From contig CAWJSK010000001.1 in the NCBI GenBank assembly GCA_963845535.1, positions 96,001 to 160,000 on the forward strand: a DNA stretch of 64,000 nt, given 5' to 3'. This document shows, one piece after another, positions 1 through 10,197 of this stretch (its first letter is position 1; the number at the start of each line of letters is the position of its first letter). A model generated the notes under the pieces. It saw only the letters and a program-made list of their open reading frames with translations, was not told the origin of the DNA and searched no databases. The stretch comes from an uncultured Spirochaetota bacterium (GTDB lineage Bacteria; Spirochaetota; Spirochaetia; SZUA-6; Fen-1364). A program made the position numbers and the translations under genes.

Positions 1-507
<507 letters not shown>

Positions 508-685
508 TTTTCCCCTCCACTTCGCTATTCGCGAAGTGGGGAGGGCTTTGAGCGTGACGCCTAGCGCAGTACTCTGCGCGGAGTCCAGCGCTCGAAGCCC
601 AAAACGCTAATCGCTTTTCCTCTTCGTTCTTCCCACCGTCTCCCCCCTGTGTGGGGTTGGTGGGGTTCTTTCCCTAAGTGAAGTT

Positions 686-801
<116 letters not shown>

Positions 802-816
802 TTTTTTTTGCCTCAA

Positions 817-1023
817 AACGACCGCACCTTGTTGGATAATCCGGAGCAGGGACGGACTTATCGAGACGTTTCTATTCTGTGGACGGGCCGCGTCAACTTC
901 AAGATTGTCCGCGACAGGTTAGCCTCCGTCGCCCCTGCTGGCGAAGCTTTTCAGTTCAGGCGCGAGTTCGAGATGTACCAGGAGGAGGCAAAGGCGAAGC
1001 ACCGGGGGATCTGGGGAAGATAG
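817..1023 (+). pseudogene. C-terminal fragment of a thermonuclease (SNase-like) protein
   Basis: Ends ...VNFKIVRDRLASV...FEMYQEEAKAKHRGIWGR*, like the SNase C-terminal N..LV..GLA...EA+...RGIW; no N-terminus or start. Confidence 0.5.
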
Positions 1024-1456
1024 CTATCCCCTCACACGCGTGGGTCTTTTCCAACAGCCGGGAGGCCTGCGCGCAGTCATCGACAAAGGCACACAGCCCT
1101 TTTTCACTTTCCGTGAAATCACTGATGAACGCAGAGAGATCATCCACGAGGTCCTGCCCCTTGTCCACGAGGGTCCGCGCGTTGCGGCCGCACATACCGC
1201 AAAGCTCTGCAATTGCGTCAAGGGGAACATCTCCTGAGGCCCGGGAAAACGCAGCTCGAGCATCTCGGAAACCCTGCGCGATCTCGGCGACGCCACAGCG
1301 GATCTGCCGGCATTTCTCTTCGAGGTCGGTGACTCTTCTTTCAAACTGCTTGAGCTCCCGTGAAAGGATCTCGACGAGCCGTTCGGAGTCCAGCGGTGCT
1401 GCCATTTCTTTCTGCTCCAACCTTGACCGCCATGACACGGCCATGAAGCAGAGCAC
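956..1456 (-). CDS. hypothetical protein, helical/coiled-coil-like; start uncertain
   Basis: 166-aa ORF with plausible helical composition; no family recognised. Confidence 0.4.
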   Translation of the reverse strand: MLCFMAVSWRSRLEQKEMAAPLDSERLVEILSRELKQFERRVTDLEEKCRQIRCGVAEIAQGFRDARAAFSRASGDVPLDAIAELCGMCGRNARTLVDKGQDLVDDLSAFISDFTESEKGLCAFVDDCAQASRLLEKTHACEGIAIFPRSPGASPLPPPGTSRTRA

Positions 1457-1506
1457 TTGTTGCTAACCGGATAGTATACGCAGAGGGAAAAATCCGCAAC
1501 TGAAAA

Positions 1507-1916
1507 AAGAATTTTGAGCCATCTGCGTAGTCGCTACCATCCGATGGCCGTTTTTCCGTGGAATTGGCCCCGTTTTCGGAAAAAGATGCCCCTCGCGGTC
1601 GATATCGTGCTACGACGGAGTCGCAACAAAAACCGTGCACAAGACCTGGGAGGGGCGCCATCGTTGATGAAAAAGCTGGAACAGGAACGCGATCAGGGCG
1701 GAGACGACTATCCGATCCGCTGGATGTGGAACGCGCTGGTCTCCGGGGTCGTCTTCCAACATCCGACGGTGGAGGCGCCGCTGCGGGAATTGAGGCGCAG
1801 CGGCCAGTTGCGCCAAGTTTGCGGCTTTGATGTGGCCAAGGGGCTGGGAGCAGTTTGCCCGCAGCATGAGAACAAGGGCCGACGGGTCCCGAGACGCGGC
1901 ACAGCGCAAAATCCTC
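1507..1916 (+). mobile_element. Internally deleted IS remnant (N-terminal DUF772-type DDE transposase fragment, IS5/IS1182-like)
   Basis: LEQERDQGGDDYPIRWMWNALVSGVVFQHPTVEAPLRELRRSGQLRQVCGFD resembles transposase N-termini; no DDE domain; imperfect IRs AAGAATTTTGAGC (1507-1519) and GCGCAAAATCCTC (1904-1916), 10/13 match. Confidence 0.65.
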
Positions 1917-1930
1917 ATTTTTCGAATTTC

Positions 1931-1959
1931 TTGACAGCGCTTCGGTGCGGATTTATACT
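1931..1959 (+). promoter_or_regulatory. sigma70-type promoter of the hydrogenase operon
   Basis: TTGACA-17 bp-TATACT, ~105 bp upstream of the first gene. Confidence 0.75.
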
Positions 1960-2065
1960 GAGGCTTCGATAATGTGCTCGCGTGTGCTGGAGTAAGTCAG
2001 TCACCTCGTTCCAACAACAGCTAACCCCGCCGCGAATCTGAAGTTCAACAGAAGAGGGTTATTGT

Positions 2066-2563
2066 ATGGCCGTACAGGCACTCGTGCTGGCCAGCATGCT
2101 CCTCTGCGCCGTCCAGGCTATCAGGTCTGATCGACTTCTGGTCTCCGCGCTCTGGCTCGCGGGCTGCAGCGCCCTCCTGGGATTGACGCTCGCCCTGCTC
2201 GGCGCCCCGGAGGTGGGGGTCATAGAGCTCTCCGTCGGAGCAGGGCTGGTAACTGTCATATTCGTCTTTGCCATCAGCATAGCGGGGGAAGAGCCCGCGT
2301 CATACCGCAGCCTTGTCCCGCGCTGGCTTGCCCGTGTGCTCATGGGTCTTTTTCTCTTCCTTCTGGTTTTCCTTGCCGTGCCGCGCGCTCTCTCGCCGGT
2401 CCTGGCCCCGCAGTCCTTGTCCGTTGTTCGGGCAATCTGGGAGGTCCGCGCCCTGGACACCCTGTTGCAGGTAACCCTCATCTTCTGCGGAGTGCTCGGC
2501 TCACTGGGACTGCTGGCAGAGCCGCGCGCGTCTGCCTCTGTGGCAAAAGGGGGCGCACAGTGA
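2066..2563 (+). CDS. Hydrogenase/Mrp membrane subunit (MbhD/DUF4040, NuoJ-like)
   Basis: Hydrophobic; LGAPEVGVIELSVGAGLVTVIFVFAI motif; RBS AGAGGG. Confidence 0.8.
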   Translation: MAVQALVLASMLLCAVQAIRSDRLLVSALWLAGCSALLGLTLALLGAPEVGVIELSVGAGLVTVIFVFAISIAGEEPASYRSLVPRWLARVLMGLFLFLLVFLAVPRALSPVLAPQSLSVVRAIWEVRALDTLLQVTLIFCGVLGSLGLLAEPRASASVAKGGAQ

Positions 2564-2874
2564 GCGGAATTTCAGTCTGGAGCATCTCCCTGGTCGCCGT
2601 CTTCGCCCTTGTCATGATAGGGATCTACGGCCTTTTGATCCTGCGCAACCTGATCAAGATCGTCGTTTCGCTTCAGGTATTCGCCAAGGGCACCATCCTT
2701 GTCATGGTGGTTGCCGGTGGCATGCAGGGGCAGCCTGCCGTGGGGTCCAGCCTTGCCGTCACCGTCATCGTGGCAGACACCGTGGTGACCGTGATCGCGT
2801 TGGCGCTTGCCATCCAGGTGCGCCGCTACTGCGGCACCCTGGATTCCCGCGCCATCTCGAGCTTGAAGAGATGA
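2560..2874 (+). CDS. NuoK/MnhC-like membrane subunit
   Basis: IGIYGLLILRNLIKIVVSL, three TM segments, GTGA overlap with upstream gene. Confidence 0.85.
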   Translation: MSGISVWSISLVAVFALVMIGIYGLLILRNLIKIVVSLQVFAKGTILVMVVAGGMQGQPAVGSSLAVTVIVADTVVTVIALALAIQVRRYCGTLDSRAISSLKR

Positions 2875-4634
2875 GCATGGATACTTCACTTCTTTTCCCG
2901 CTCGCCATCTTCCTCCCGTGGATCGGCGCTCTTGCCGTGCTGGCGATGGGGCGTCACGGAGGGCTTCGCACTGCCCTGGCCATCGGGTTTGCCGCTGCTG
3001 ACGGCCTGGTCAGCCTTGCGCTCATCCCGCTTGCGGGAACCGGCACCACGTTCTCCGTGCCCCTCGGGGGGATATTCGGCGACTTCAGCCTTGTTGCCGA
3101 TGGCCTCGGGGTGTTCCTTGCCGCCGTGGCCGCCGTGGTCGGTTGCCTGGCGGTCGTTTTTTCGGTGGACTACATGCGCGGGGAGGAGGGGCTGGGCCGC
3201 TATTACGCGCTTGTACTGTTCTTCATTGGCTCCATGGTCGGGCTTGTTCTCTCCTCGAACCTTCTGGTGATCGTGGTTTTCTGGGAAATCACGGCGTTCT
3301 GCTCTTATGCCCTCATCTCGTTCCATAGCGACGACCCCAAGGCGGTAGCCGGAGGCATCAAGGCCCTCATCGTAACGGGGCTGGGCGGAATCGGTCTTCT
3401 TGGCGGCTCTTTCCTGATCTATGCGCAGATTGGCAGCTTCGATCTTCAGCAGTTTCTGGCCAGGGCATCCCATGTGCCCTCCGGCGTTCTGGCCTGGGTC
3501 GCTTTCTCGTTCCTCGCCGCCTCCGCGGCAAAATCGGCCCAGTTCCCGTTCCAGACCTGGCTGCCGGACGCAATGGAGGCCCCTACCCCGATTTCAGCCC
3601 TGATCCACGCGGCCACGATGGTGAACGCGGGAGTGTACCTGCTGGCGCGCGTGTTTCCGGCGTTCAGCGGCGTCCCCGGGTGGTCCACAACCGTCGTCAT
3701 GGTGGGTGCCATCTCCGCTCTCCTTGCGGCCGTCATGGCCATCGCATCGACGGACCTGAAGCGCGTTCTCGCATATTCCACCGTCAGCCAGCTGGGCTTC
3801 ATGGTTTTCTCAATAGGCGCGGGAGGCATCTTCCAGAGCCAGTTCCATCTTCTCAGTCACTCTCTCTTCAAAGCCTTGCTTTTTCTCGGCGCAGGCGCCG
3901 TCATTCACTCTGTCGGGACGCGGGACATGCGGGCAATGGGCGGCCTGTCCCGCAAGATGCCTCTCACCTGCGCTGTGTTCGTGGTGGGCGCGCTGGCCCT
4001 GGCCGGCATTCCTCCCGTCAACGGCTTCTGGAGCAAGGAGCTGATCCTGGAAGCCGGTCAGCTGCATGCGCCGTCCCCGGCATATCTCGTCATGCTGGCA
4101 ACCGTCGGTTTGACAGCGCTGTACAGCGCACGGTGCGTCTGGATGGTTTTTTTCGCCCCCCCCGTTTCCGAGCCTCACGCGCACGAAGCGGGCCCTGCAA
4201 TGCAGACCGCGCTCATTCCGCTTGCGGCCGGGACCCTTGCAAGCTGGCTTCTGGCCGGGCCGTTCATGTCCCTCCTGGTCCGTACGCTGCCGCTGCATTT
4301 CGGCTCCAGCCCGCGGGTCCAAAGCACGTGGGAAATGGCGCGTGAGGTCCTCCATTCCACCGGGACCTGGCTCGCCATGCTGGCGGTGGCCATGGGCATG
4401 CTTCTCTGGATTCTCTGGAGGCTATTTGTGCCCGCGCCTTCACGGCTGGAGCCGGCGCGCAAGGGCGCTGAGGCGGGTCTCGGGTTTGAGAGCATCAACC
4501 GGGGCATCACGCGCGCAGTGCAGTGGTCCGGGGAGAAGCTTCGCGTGACGCAATCCGGCATCATCAACTGGAACGTGGCCGGAATCGTCATAGCCGTGGT
4601 GGCCGTCCTGGCCGTGCTGGCAGCGGGAGGTTGA
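2871..4634 (+). CDS. NuoL/MrpA-like antiporter subunit
   Basis: KSAQFPFQTWLPDAMEAPTPISALIHAATMVNAGVYL, LAYSTVSQLG, HSLFKALLFL, GFWSKE. Confidence 0.93.
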   Translation: MSMDTSLLFPLAIFLPWIGALAVLAMGRHGGLRTALAIGFAAADGLVSLALIPLAGTGTTFSVPLGGIFGDFSLVADGLGVFLAAVAAVVGCLAVVFSVDYMRGEEGLGRYYALVLFFIGSMVGLVLSSNLLVIVVFWEITAFCSYALISFHSDDPKAVAGGIKALIVTGLGGIGLLGGSFLIYAQIGSFDLQQFLARASHVPSGVLAWVAFSFLAASAAKSAQFPFQTWLPDAMEAPTPISALIHAATMVNAGVYLLARVFPAFSGVPGWSTTVVMVGAISALLAAVMAIASTDLKRVLAYSTVSQLGFMVFSIGAGGIFQSQFHLLSHSLFKALLFLGAGAVIHSVGTRDMRAMGGLSRKMPLTCAVFVVGALALAGIPPVNGFWSKELILEAGQLHAPSPAYLVMLATVGLTALYSARCVWMVFFAPPVSEPHAHEAGPAMQTALIPLAAGTLASWLLAGPFMSLLVRTLPLHFGSSPRVQSTWEMAREVLHSTGTWLAMLAVAMGMLLWILWRLFVPAPSRLEPARKGAEAGLGFESINRGITRAVQWSGEKLRVTQSGIINWNVAGIVIAVVAVLAVLAAGG

Positions 4635-4635
4635 C

Positions 4636-6276
4636 ATGCAGTGGCCTGCCTTCGTCTGGCTCATGCTGCTCCCCATTGTCTCCTCTCCCTTTGTCTACAT
4701 CGTGGGACGGCTCTTCCAGAGAACGCTGGAAGGTCCGGCAGCCGGGGGAGGCATTCCAACCACGCACCTGACCGGACGTACCGGCAGGCATTGGAGATCG
4801 AATCCCGTCCGATGGATCAGCTTCGCAGTGCTGCTTTTCACTTTTGTGCCGTTCGTCATGGCGTGGCGTGACCTTGCCCAGGGGAACGTCGCGCAATTCT
4901 CCTACGGAATCATATCGCTGCGCTTTGACGGAATCAGCCTTCTTCTGGCTGCCGCGGTGCTGTTCCTCGGCATTCTTGTCTCGCTGTTTTCCGGTCCCTA
5001 CATCGGTCACGAGGGAGGCCAGGAGAAATATCATTCCCTGCTGAACACGATGATTGGCGCAATGATCGGCCTGGGCTGCGCGTCTGACCTGTTCAACCTG
5101 TGGGTATGGTTTGAGACTGCCGCGGTAGCCTCCTACATGCTTGTGTCGTATCACGCGCAGCAGCCATCGAGCCTCGAGGCCGGGGTGAAGTACCTTGTGC
5201 AGAACTCGGTGGGCTCCATGCTCGTCCTCATAGGAATCGGGCTGGTGTTCGCACAGGCAGGCACCCTGGACCTGCTGTCGTTGAAGGCGCTGGCCGGCGG
5301 CGCCGGCCCGGGAAACCGGCTTCTCGTGTCCATGCCGCCTGCGGCCGCGGCTGTCCTGGGGAGCTCCCGGCTTCCGCTTCTTGCTGCAGGTGCGCTGTTT
5401 TCCATCGGGTTTGGAGTCAAGGTGGCCATCGTGCCCATGCACACATGGCTGCCGGATGCGCATTCACAGGCCCCCAGCGGCATAAGCGCCGTTCTTTCGG
5501 GAGTGGTCATAGAGACGGGGCTCGTGGCGCTGCTGCGTGCGCTTTCCGTGGTATCAGGAGCTTCCCTGAGCTGGGGCCCCCTCCTTCTTGCCTTCGGGTG
5601 CGTGAACATGCTTGTCGGGAACCTGCTTGCTCTCAGGCAGACGCAGGTCAAGCGCCTTCTTGCCTTTTCCAGTCTCAGTCATGTCGGTTACATGCTCCTT
5701 GGGCTTGGAACGGCCATTACCTTCCACCAGCTTGGCGGCGCACAGGGCGCTTTTTTCCACCTGTTGACCCACGCGGTGATGAAGGGGCTGGCATTCCTTG
5801 CCGCGGGAAGCTTTCTCTTCGCCCTGCGCATATCCCGCGGCCAGCAAGGCCCGCTGATGGCGGAAGACCTGGCGGGAGCGGCGCGCCGCTACCCGCTGCC
5901 TGCCCTCGCTTTCAGCGTGGCGCTTCTGGGTCTGGGCGGCCTTCCTCCCTTTGCGGGGTTCATGTCGAAATGGCAGATATTCGCCTCCGGGTTTCAGACG
6001 GGAAACGCTTTCATGGCGGCCCTGGTCGTCTTTGCGCTTCTCAACAGCCTGCTCTCCCTGGCCTATTATGCGCCCCTGGTGAACCTCATGTACCGAAGGG
6101 AGCCTTCCGCGTCAGTGAGGGCCGGAACTCCCGTGCCGGTGGCAATGGTGATTCCAATGATCATTCTCGTTCTTTCGGTGCTGGCCTTCGGAGTCTGGCC
6201 TTCGCTTGCCAGCAGCCTGACAGGGCCTGCCGGCAGGACAGTGCTTGACCTGTTTGCTGCACCAGGAGGGATGTGA
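4636..6276 (+). CDS. MrpD/NuoM-N-like antiporter subunit
   Basis: LEAGVKY, KVAIVPMHTWLPDAHSQAPSGISAVLSG, GLPPFAGFMSKW. Confidence 0.92.
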   Translation: MQWPAFVWLMLLPIVSSPFVYIVGRLFQRTLEGPAAGGGIPTTHLTGRTGRHWRSNPVRWISFAVLLFTFVPFVMAWRDLAQGNVAQFSYGIISLRFDGISLLLAAAVLFLGILVSLFSGPYIGHEGGQEKYHSLLNTMIGAMIGLGCASDLFNLWVWFETAAVASYMLVSYHAQQPSSLEAGVKYLVQNSVGSMLVLIGIGLVFAQAGTLDLLSLKALAGGAGPGNRLLVSMPPAAAAVLGSSRLPLLAAGALFSIGFGVKVAIVPMHTWLPDAHSQAPSGISAVLSGVVIETGLVALLRALSVVSGASLSWGPLLLAFGCVNMLVGNLLALRQTQVKRLLAFSSLSHVGYMLLGLGTAITFHQLGGAQGAFFHLLTHAVMKGLAFLAAGSFLFALRISRGQQGPLMAEDLAGAARRYPLPALAFSVALLGLGGLPPFAGFMSKWQIFASGFQTGNAFMAALVVFALLNSLLSLAYYAPLVNLMYRREPSASVRAGTPVPVAMVIPMIILVLSVLAFGVWPSLASSLTGPAGRTVLDLFAAPGGM

Positions 6277-6277
6277 C

Positions 6278-6589
6278 ATGGTACAGCCTTTCTCCCCCCC
6301 TGTCGCCTTCGCGGCGTACCTGGCTCTGGCCGCCATCCTGCTTGTCATCTCCGGCGCGGCTGCGGCCCGGGGCAAGGCAAGTGACCTGAAGACGACCGTC
6401 TATGGCAGCGGGGAGGCGGCCAGGGCCAGCTCAGCCTCACCAGGGTACAGGCCATTTTTCATGACGGCGTTCTTTTTCGCGATGCTGCATCTTGGCGTGC
6501 TCATCGTGGGCAGCGGCGGCCTGACAATTATCACCGGCGCCTACATCGCCGGGTTGATTCTTTCTTTGATCGCTTTGGCCCTGGGCTGA
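6278..6589 (+). CDS. NuoA-like membrane subunit
   Basis: K...YGSGE loop, YRPFFMTAFFFAMLH; RBS GGAGGG; start corrected to ATG 6278. Confidence 0.75.
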   Translation: MVQPFSPPVAFAAYLALAAILLVISGAAAARGKASDLKTTVYGSGEAARASSASPGYRPFFMTAFFFAMLHLGVLIVGSGGLTIITGAYIAGLILSLIALALG

Positions 6590-6604
6590 GGGGAAGGAGG
6601 ACCT

Positions 6605-7111
6605 GTGCCGGCGCAGATTCCGCAGTCTCTCAAGCACATCATGGACAGAGTGGCCCTCTGGTCCCGGATCAACTCTCCGTGGCTGATTCACTACAACAGC
6701 GGGTCCTGCAACGGCTGCGACATCGAGATCCTGGCAACGCTGGCTCCCCGGTATGACCTGGAGAGGCTGGGGGTCAAGCTCTGGGGCTCTCCCCGCCACG
6801 CCGACGTGCTGGTCTGCACGGGGCCGGTCACCCGCCAGTCCCGTGACAGGCTCATCAGGACCTACGAGCAGATGCCTTCCCCCAAGTTCGTGGTGGCAGT
6901 GGGCTCTTGCGGGATCACTGGCGGGGCATTCCACGGCTGCTACAACATCGTCGGCGACATCGGCGACGTTGTGCCGGTAGACGTCTACATCCCCGGGTGT
7001 CCTCCCCGGCCCGAAGCCATCATCGATGGCGTCGTGCAGCTCCTGACAAAGTTGAAAACGGGCTCGGGCGCGCCGAAACGGCCGCCTGCTCCAACGGAGG
7101 CCAACGCGTGA
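6605..7111 (+). CDS. Group 4 [NiFe]-hydrogenase small subunit (NuoB/EchC-like)
   Basis: NSGSCNGCDIE (CxxC, not the adjacent CC of NuoB), SPRHADVL, AVGSC, IPGCPPRP. Confidence 0.93.
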   Translation: MPAQIPQSLKHIMDRVALWSRINSPWLIHYNSGSCNGCDIEILATLAPRYDLERLGVKLWGSPRHADVLVCTGPVTRQSRDRLIRTYEQMPSPKFVVAVGSCGITGGAFHGCYNIVGDIGDVVPVDVYIPGCPPRPEAIIDGVVQLLTKLKTGSGAPKRPPAPTEANA

Positions 7112-8740
7112 GTGTCCAGGGCGCCATCGGTTCGATTTCTGATCTCCTGGCTCAATGGGGCACGGTCCAGGCCGCTGGAGAGGACAGGTTCACTCTTGCG
7201 GTGGACGCCGCGCATCTCCCCGGCGCAGTGCAGGCGCTGAGCGCGGCGCGTTGGGGCTACCTGTCGGCAATTACCGGTCTTGACCACACGGCCGTTGCTC
7301 CCCAGCCCGAGTTTGAGGTGCTCTACCACTTCTGCCGCGGGGCTTCCGTGCTCACGCTGAAAGTGAAGGCGTCAGGGGAGCATCCCACGGTGCCCAGCAT
7401 CTCGGGCATCATGCCTTCGGCCATCCTCCAGGAGCGCGAGCTTGCCGAGCTCTTCGGCATGCACATTACGGACATCCCGGCGAAAGGCAGGCTCCTCCTC
7501 TCCGAGGACTGGCCGGAAAATCTCTTTCCCATGCGGAAGAAGAACGCGCCTGCCGCGATTCGGGAGCGGATTGCCGCGCCCCCACTCTCCGCCCGCCGCC
7601 GCCGCATCCCCCGAGCGGCCGGGCAAGTTCGTGGTTCCCATCGGGCCGCAGCACCCGGCATTGAAAGAGCCGGCGCATTTCGAGCTTGAAGTGGACGGGG
7701 AGATCGTCAAGGACGTGTCCCTGCGTCTGGGGTATGTGCATCGCGGAATCGAGAAAGCAGCTGAGAACCGCTCCTGGATCCACAACCTTTACCTCGTGGA
7801 GAGGATCTGCGGGATCTGCTCACATATCCATGCCACCGCGTACGCCCTGGGTGTGGAACAACTTGCTGGAATCACCGCGCCCCCGCGCGCGCACGCCATC
7901 AGGGTGCTTTTTGCGGAAATGGAGCGGATCCACAGCCACCTTCTCTGGCTAGGGGTGGCTGCGCACCAGGCCGGCTTCGATACCCTGTTCATGTTCACCT
8001 GGCGGGACCGTGAAACCATCATGAACCTGCTGGACGAAGTGAGCGGCAACCGGGTCAACTATTCGGTGAACCTGATCGGCGGGGTCAAGTACGACATCGA
8101 TGCCCCTCGTTCGGATGCCATCCTGCGTGGCATGGACAGCCTTGAGGGCCGCCTCCACCACTACCTCGACGTCGTCAGCGCGGATGAGAGCTTCCTGCGA
8201 AGGACCCGCGGGGTCGGGATCTTCCCCCAGGCGCAGGCGGACGCCCTGGGGGTGGTCGGGCCGACAGCACGGGCGTCCGGAGTCTGTCGGGACCTGCGTA
8301 CGGACGCGCCGTACAGCGCTTACAAGGATTTCCCCGTGACCCCGGTCACAGACCAGGGCTGCGACCTTGCCGCGCGGTTCGTCGTGCGGATCAAGGAGCT
8401 TTTCGAATCCTGCCGTCTCGTCAGGGCCATCCTTGCTTCCCTTCCCCCGGGAGACCTTTGCGTCGACGTCCCTCGCCGCATACCGGAGGGGGAGGCGATC
8501 AGTCGCGTGGAGGCGCCTCGCGGAGAGCTTTTCTACTACCTGCGAAGCACAGGCGGATCAATGCCGGACCGGGTCAAAGTCCGCACTCCCAGCCTTGCAA
8601 ACTGGGCCTACGTCCTGAGCGTAGCCGTGGGCTTGAAGCTGGCCGACATCCCCATGGTCGTCGTGGGCATTGATCCCTGCTTCTCGTGCAATGACCGGAT
8701 GTTCACAGTCCACCGCACCGGCGGAGGAAGCGCAGAATGA
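7108..8740 (+). CDS. Group 4 [NiFe]-hydrogenase large subunit, probably fused to a NuoC-like domain, with a +1 frameshift near 7590
   Basis: NuoC part: YLSAITGLD, EVLYHF, ERELAELFG, EDWP..FPMRK. NuoD part in the next frame with no start/RBS: IGPQHP, GYVHRGIEK, ERICGICSH, EAPRGE, DPCFSCNDR. Confidence 0.88.
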
Positions 8741-9669
8741 AAAGCCTGCTGGCCGTCATCGCCTATCTCCTTTTTCCCGGAGGCATTTTCGTCGTGGTGG
8801 GGAGTCTGGCGTACGAGTATGTGGACCGCAAGCTCATTGCCAGGTTTCAGAACCGCGTGGGCCCCCGATGGTTTCAACCCCTGGCTGACTTCGTGAAGCT
8901 TCTGGTGAAGGAAGAGATAGTACCCCAGGGCGTGAACCCCGGCCTGTTCATATGGCTGCCGGTGGTGGCGCTGGCGGCCGCGCTTGCCACCGCGCTGTAC
9001 GTGCCCATGGCGGGTCTCAGCCCCACCTGGAGCTTCCGGGGCGACGTGGTTGCAACCGTTTACCTGCTCATGATGATGACGCTCTGCATAGGGCTTGCGG
9101 GGGCCAACACGTCGGACAGGTTCTCCGTCATTGGCGCCGTCCGTGCGCTCACGCAGCTTTTCTCCTATGAGGCGCCTTTCCTGCTGGCGCTGCTGGGGCC
9201 CGCCGTCGTGGCAGGAAGTTGGAGAATCGCTGAGATCAACGTGTACGCCCAGGGAAGGCTCTGGATGATCGTCACCCAGCCTTTCGGCTTCCTTGTGGCG
9301 CTCATCGGGCTCATGGGAAAGCTCGAGCTTCCGCCTTTCGACGCTCCGGAAGCTGAAACGGAGATCGTCTCCGGAGCCCTTACGGAGTACAGCGGCCGCG
9401 GGCTTGCTTTTTTCCGCCTGGGAAGGGACATCGAGCTTTTCGTAGGCCTGACGCTGATCTCCGCCTTCTACCTGGGCGGCCTGGCCAACCCGCTGCAGTT
9501 CCTCCTGAAGACCCTGGCGCTTCTCTTTATCACGGCAGGGCTCCAGTCGCTTTTCGCCAGGCTGCGCATCGACCAGACCGTGGGCCTCTGGTGGCGGGTT
9601 GGCGCGTTGCTGGCCCTGGTCCAGCTCCTCATCCTGATCGCGCTGAAGACCATGGGGGTCTCCCTATGA
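8737..9669 (+). CDS. NuoH/EchB/HycD-like membrane subunit
   Basis: DRKLIARFQNRVGP, QPLADFVKLLVKE, PFDAPEAETEIVSGALTEYSG. Confidence 0.93.
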   Translation: MKSLLAVIAYLLFPGGIFVVVGSLAYEYVDRKLIARFQNRVGPRWFQPLADFVKLLVKEEIVPQGVNPGLFIWLPVVALAAALATALYVPMAGLSPTWSFRGDVVATVYLLMMMTLCIGLAGANTSDRFSVIGAVRALTQLFSYEAPFLLALLGPAVVAGSWRIAEINVYAQGRLWMIVTQPFGFLVALIGLMGKLELPPFDAPEAETEIVSGALTEYSGRGLAFFRLGRDIELFVGLTLISAFYLGGLANPLQFLLKTLALLFITAGLQSLFARLRIDQTVGLWWRVGALLALVQLLILIALKTMGVSL

Positions 9670-10049
9670 TGCGGATTGGTTCCATGCTCGGCGACATAAT
9701 GCGTTCGCTTGTCCGCAGGCCTTTCACTGAAAGGTATCCTTTTGTCGTGAAACCCGTTTCCGAGCGAACGCGCGGGCGCCTGGAATGGGAGGAAGGGAAA
9801 TGCACAGGCTGCATGCTGTGCGTGAAGGACTGCCCGGCTGACGCCATCCAGATCACCGTTGTTTACAGGGCGGCAAAGAAGTTCGTCTTCCGCTATCGCA
9901 CGGACCGCTGCGTCTACTGCGGGCAGTGCGTCGTGAGCTGCCGGCCCAAGGCGCTGGCCATGTCACCCGAGCACTGGCATCTTTCCTCCACGACACGGGA
10001 GTCGTTTGCCGTTGTCTACGGGGATCATGAGAAAGACTCCAAGCGATGA
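9666..10049 (+). CDS. NuoI/EchF-like 2x[4Fe-4S] subunit
   Basis: CTGCMLCVKDCP and CVYCGQCVVSC motifs; TERYP. Confidence 0.92.
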   Translation: MMRIGSMLGDIMRSLVRRPFTERYPFVVKPVSERTRGRLEWEEGKCTGCMLCVKDCPADAIQITVVYRAAKKFVFRYRTDRCVYCGQCVVSCRPKALAMSPEHWHLSSTTRESFAVVYGDHEKDSKR

Positions 10050-10056
10050 CTGGAAA

Positions 10057-10119
10057 TCGGGCTGACTGGATTTGAACCAGCGACCTTTCGGTCCCGAACC
10101 GAACGCGCTACCAACTGCG
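10057..10119 (-). pseudogene. 5'-truncated tRNA-Pro(CGG), att-like fragment
   Basis: Minus strand CGCAGTTGGTAGCGCGTTCGGTTCGGGACCGAAAGGTCGCTGGTTCAAATCCAGTCAGCCCGA: D, anticodon (CGG) and T arms plus 3' acceptor strand present; 5' acceptor strand (CGGGCTG) absent. Confidence 0.85.
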
Positions 10120-10197
10120 TCGATCTCGACGTCCCCATCGAGGAGTCCGTCGGGGCAACAAGCGTCTCCAGGGGCGCAGGCCGCAGGAGACTCGAGT

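Noticed and set aside
511..600. Two GC-rich hairpins in the 23S-5S spacer as a tRNA or ncRNA
   Set aside because: No cloverleaf or T-loop; consistent with ordinary spacer processing structure
2066..10049. NADH dehydrogenase (complex I) or Ni-less Ehr/Mbx
   Set aside because: No NuoEFG; the large subunit keeps both CxxC Ni-binding motifs
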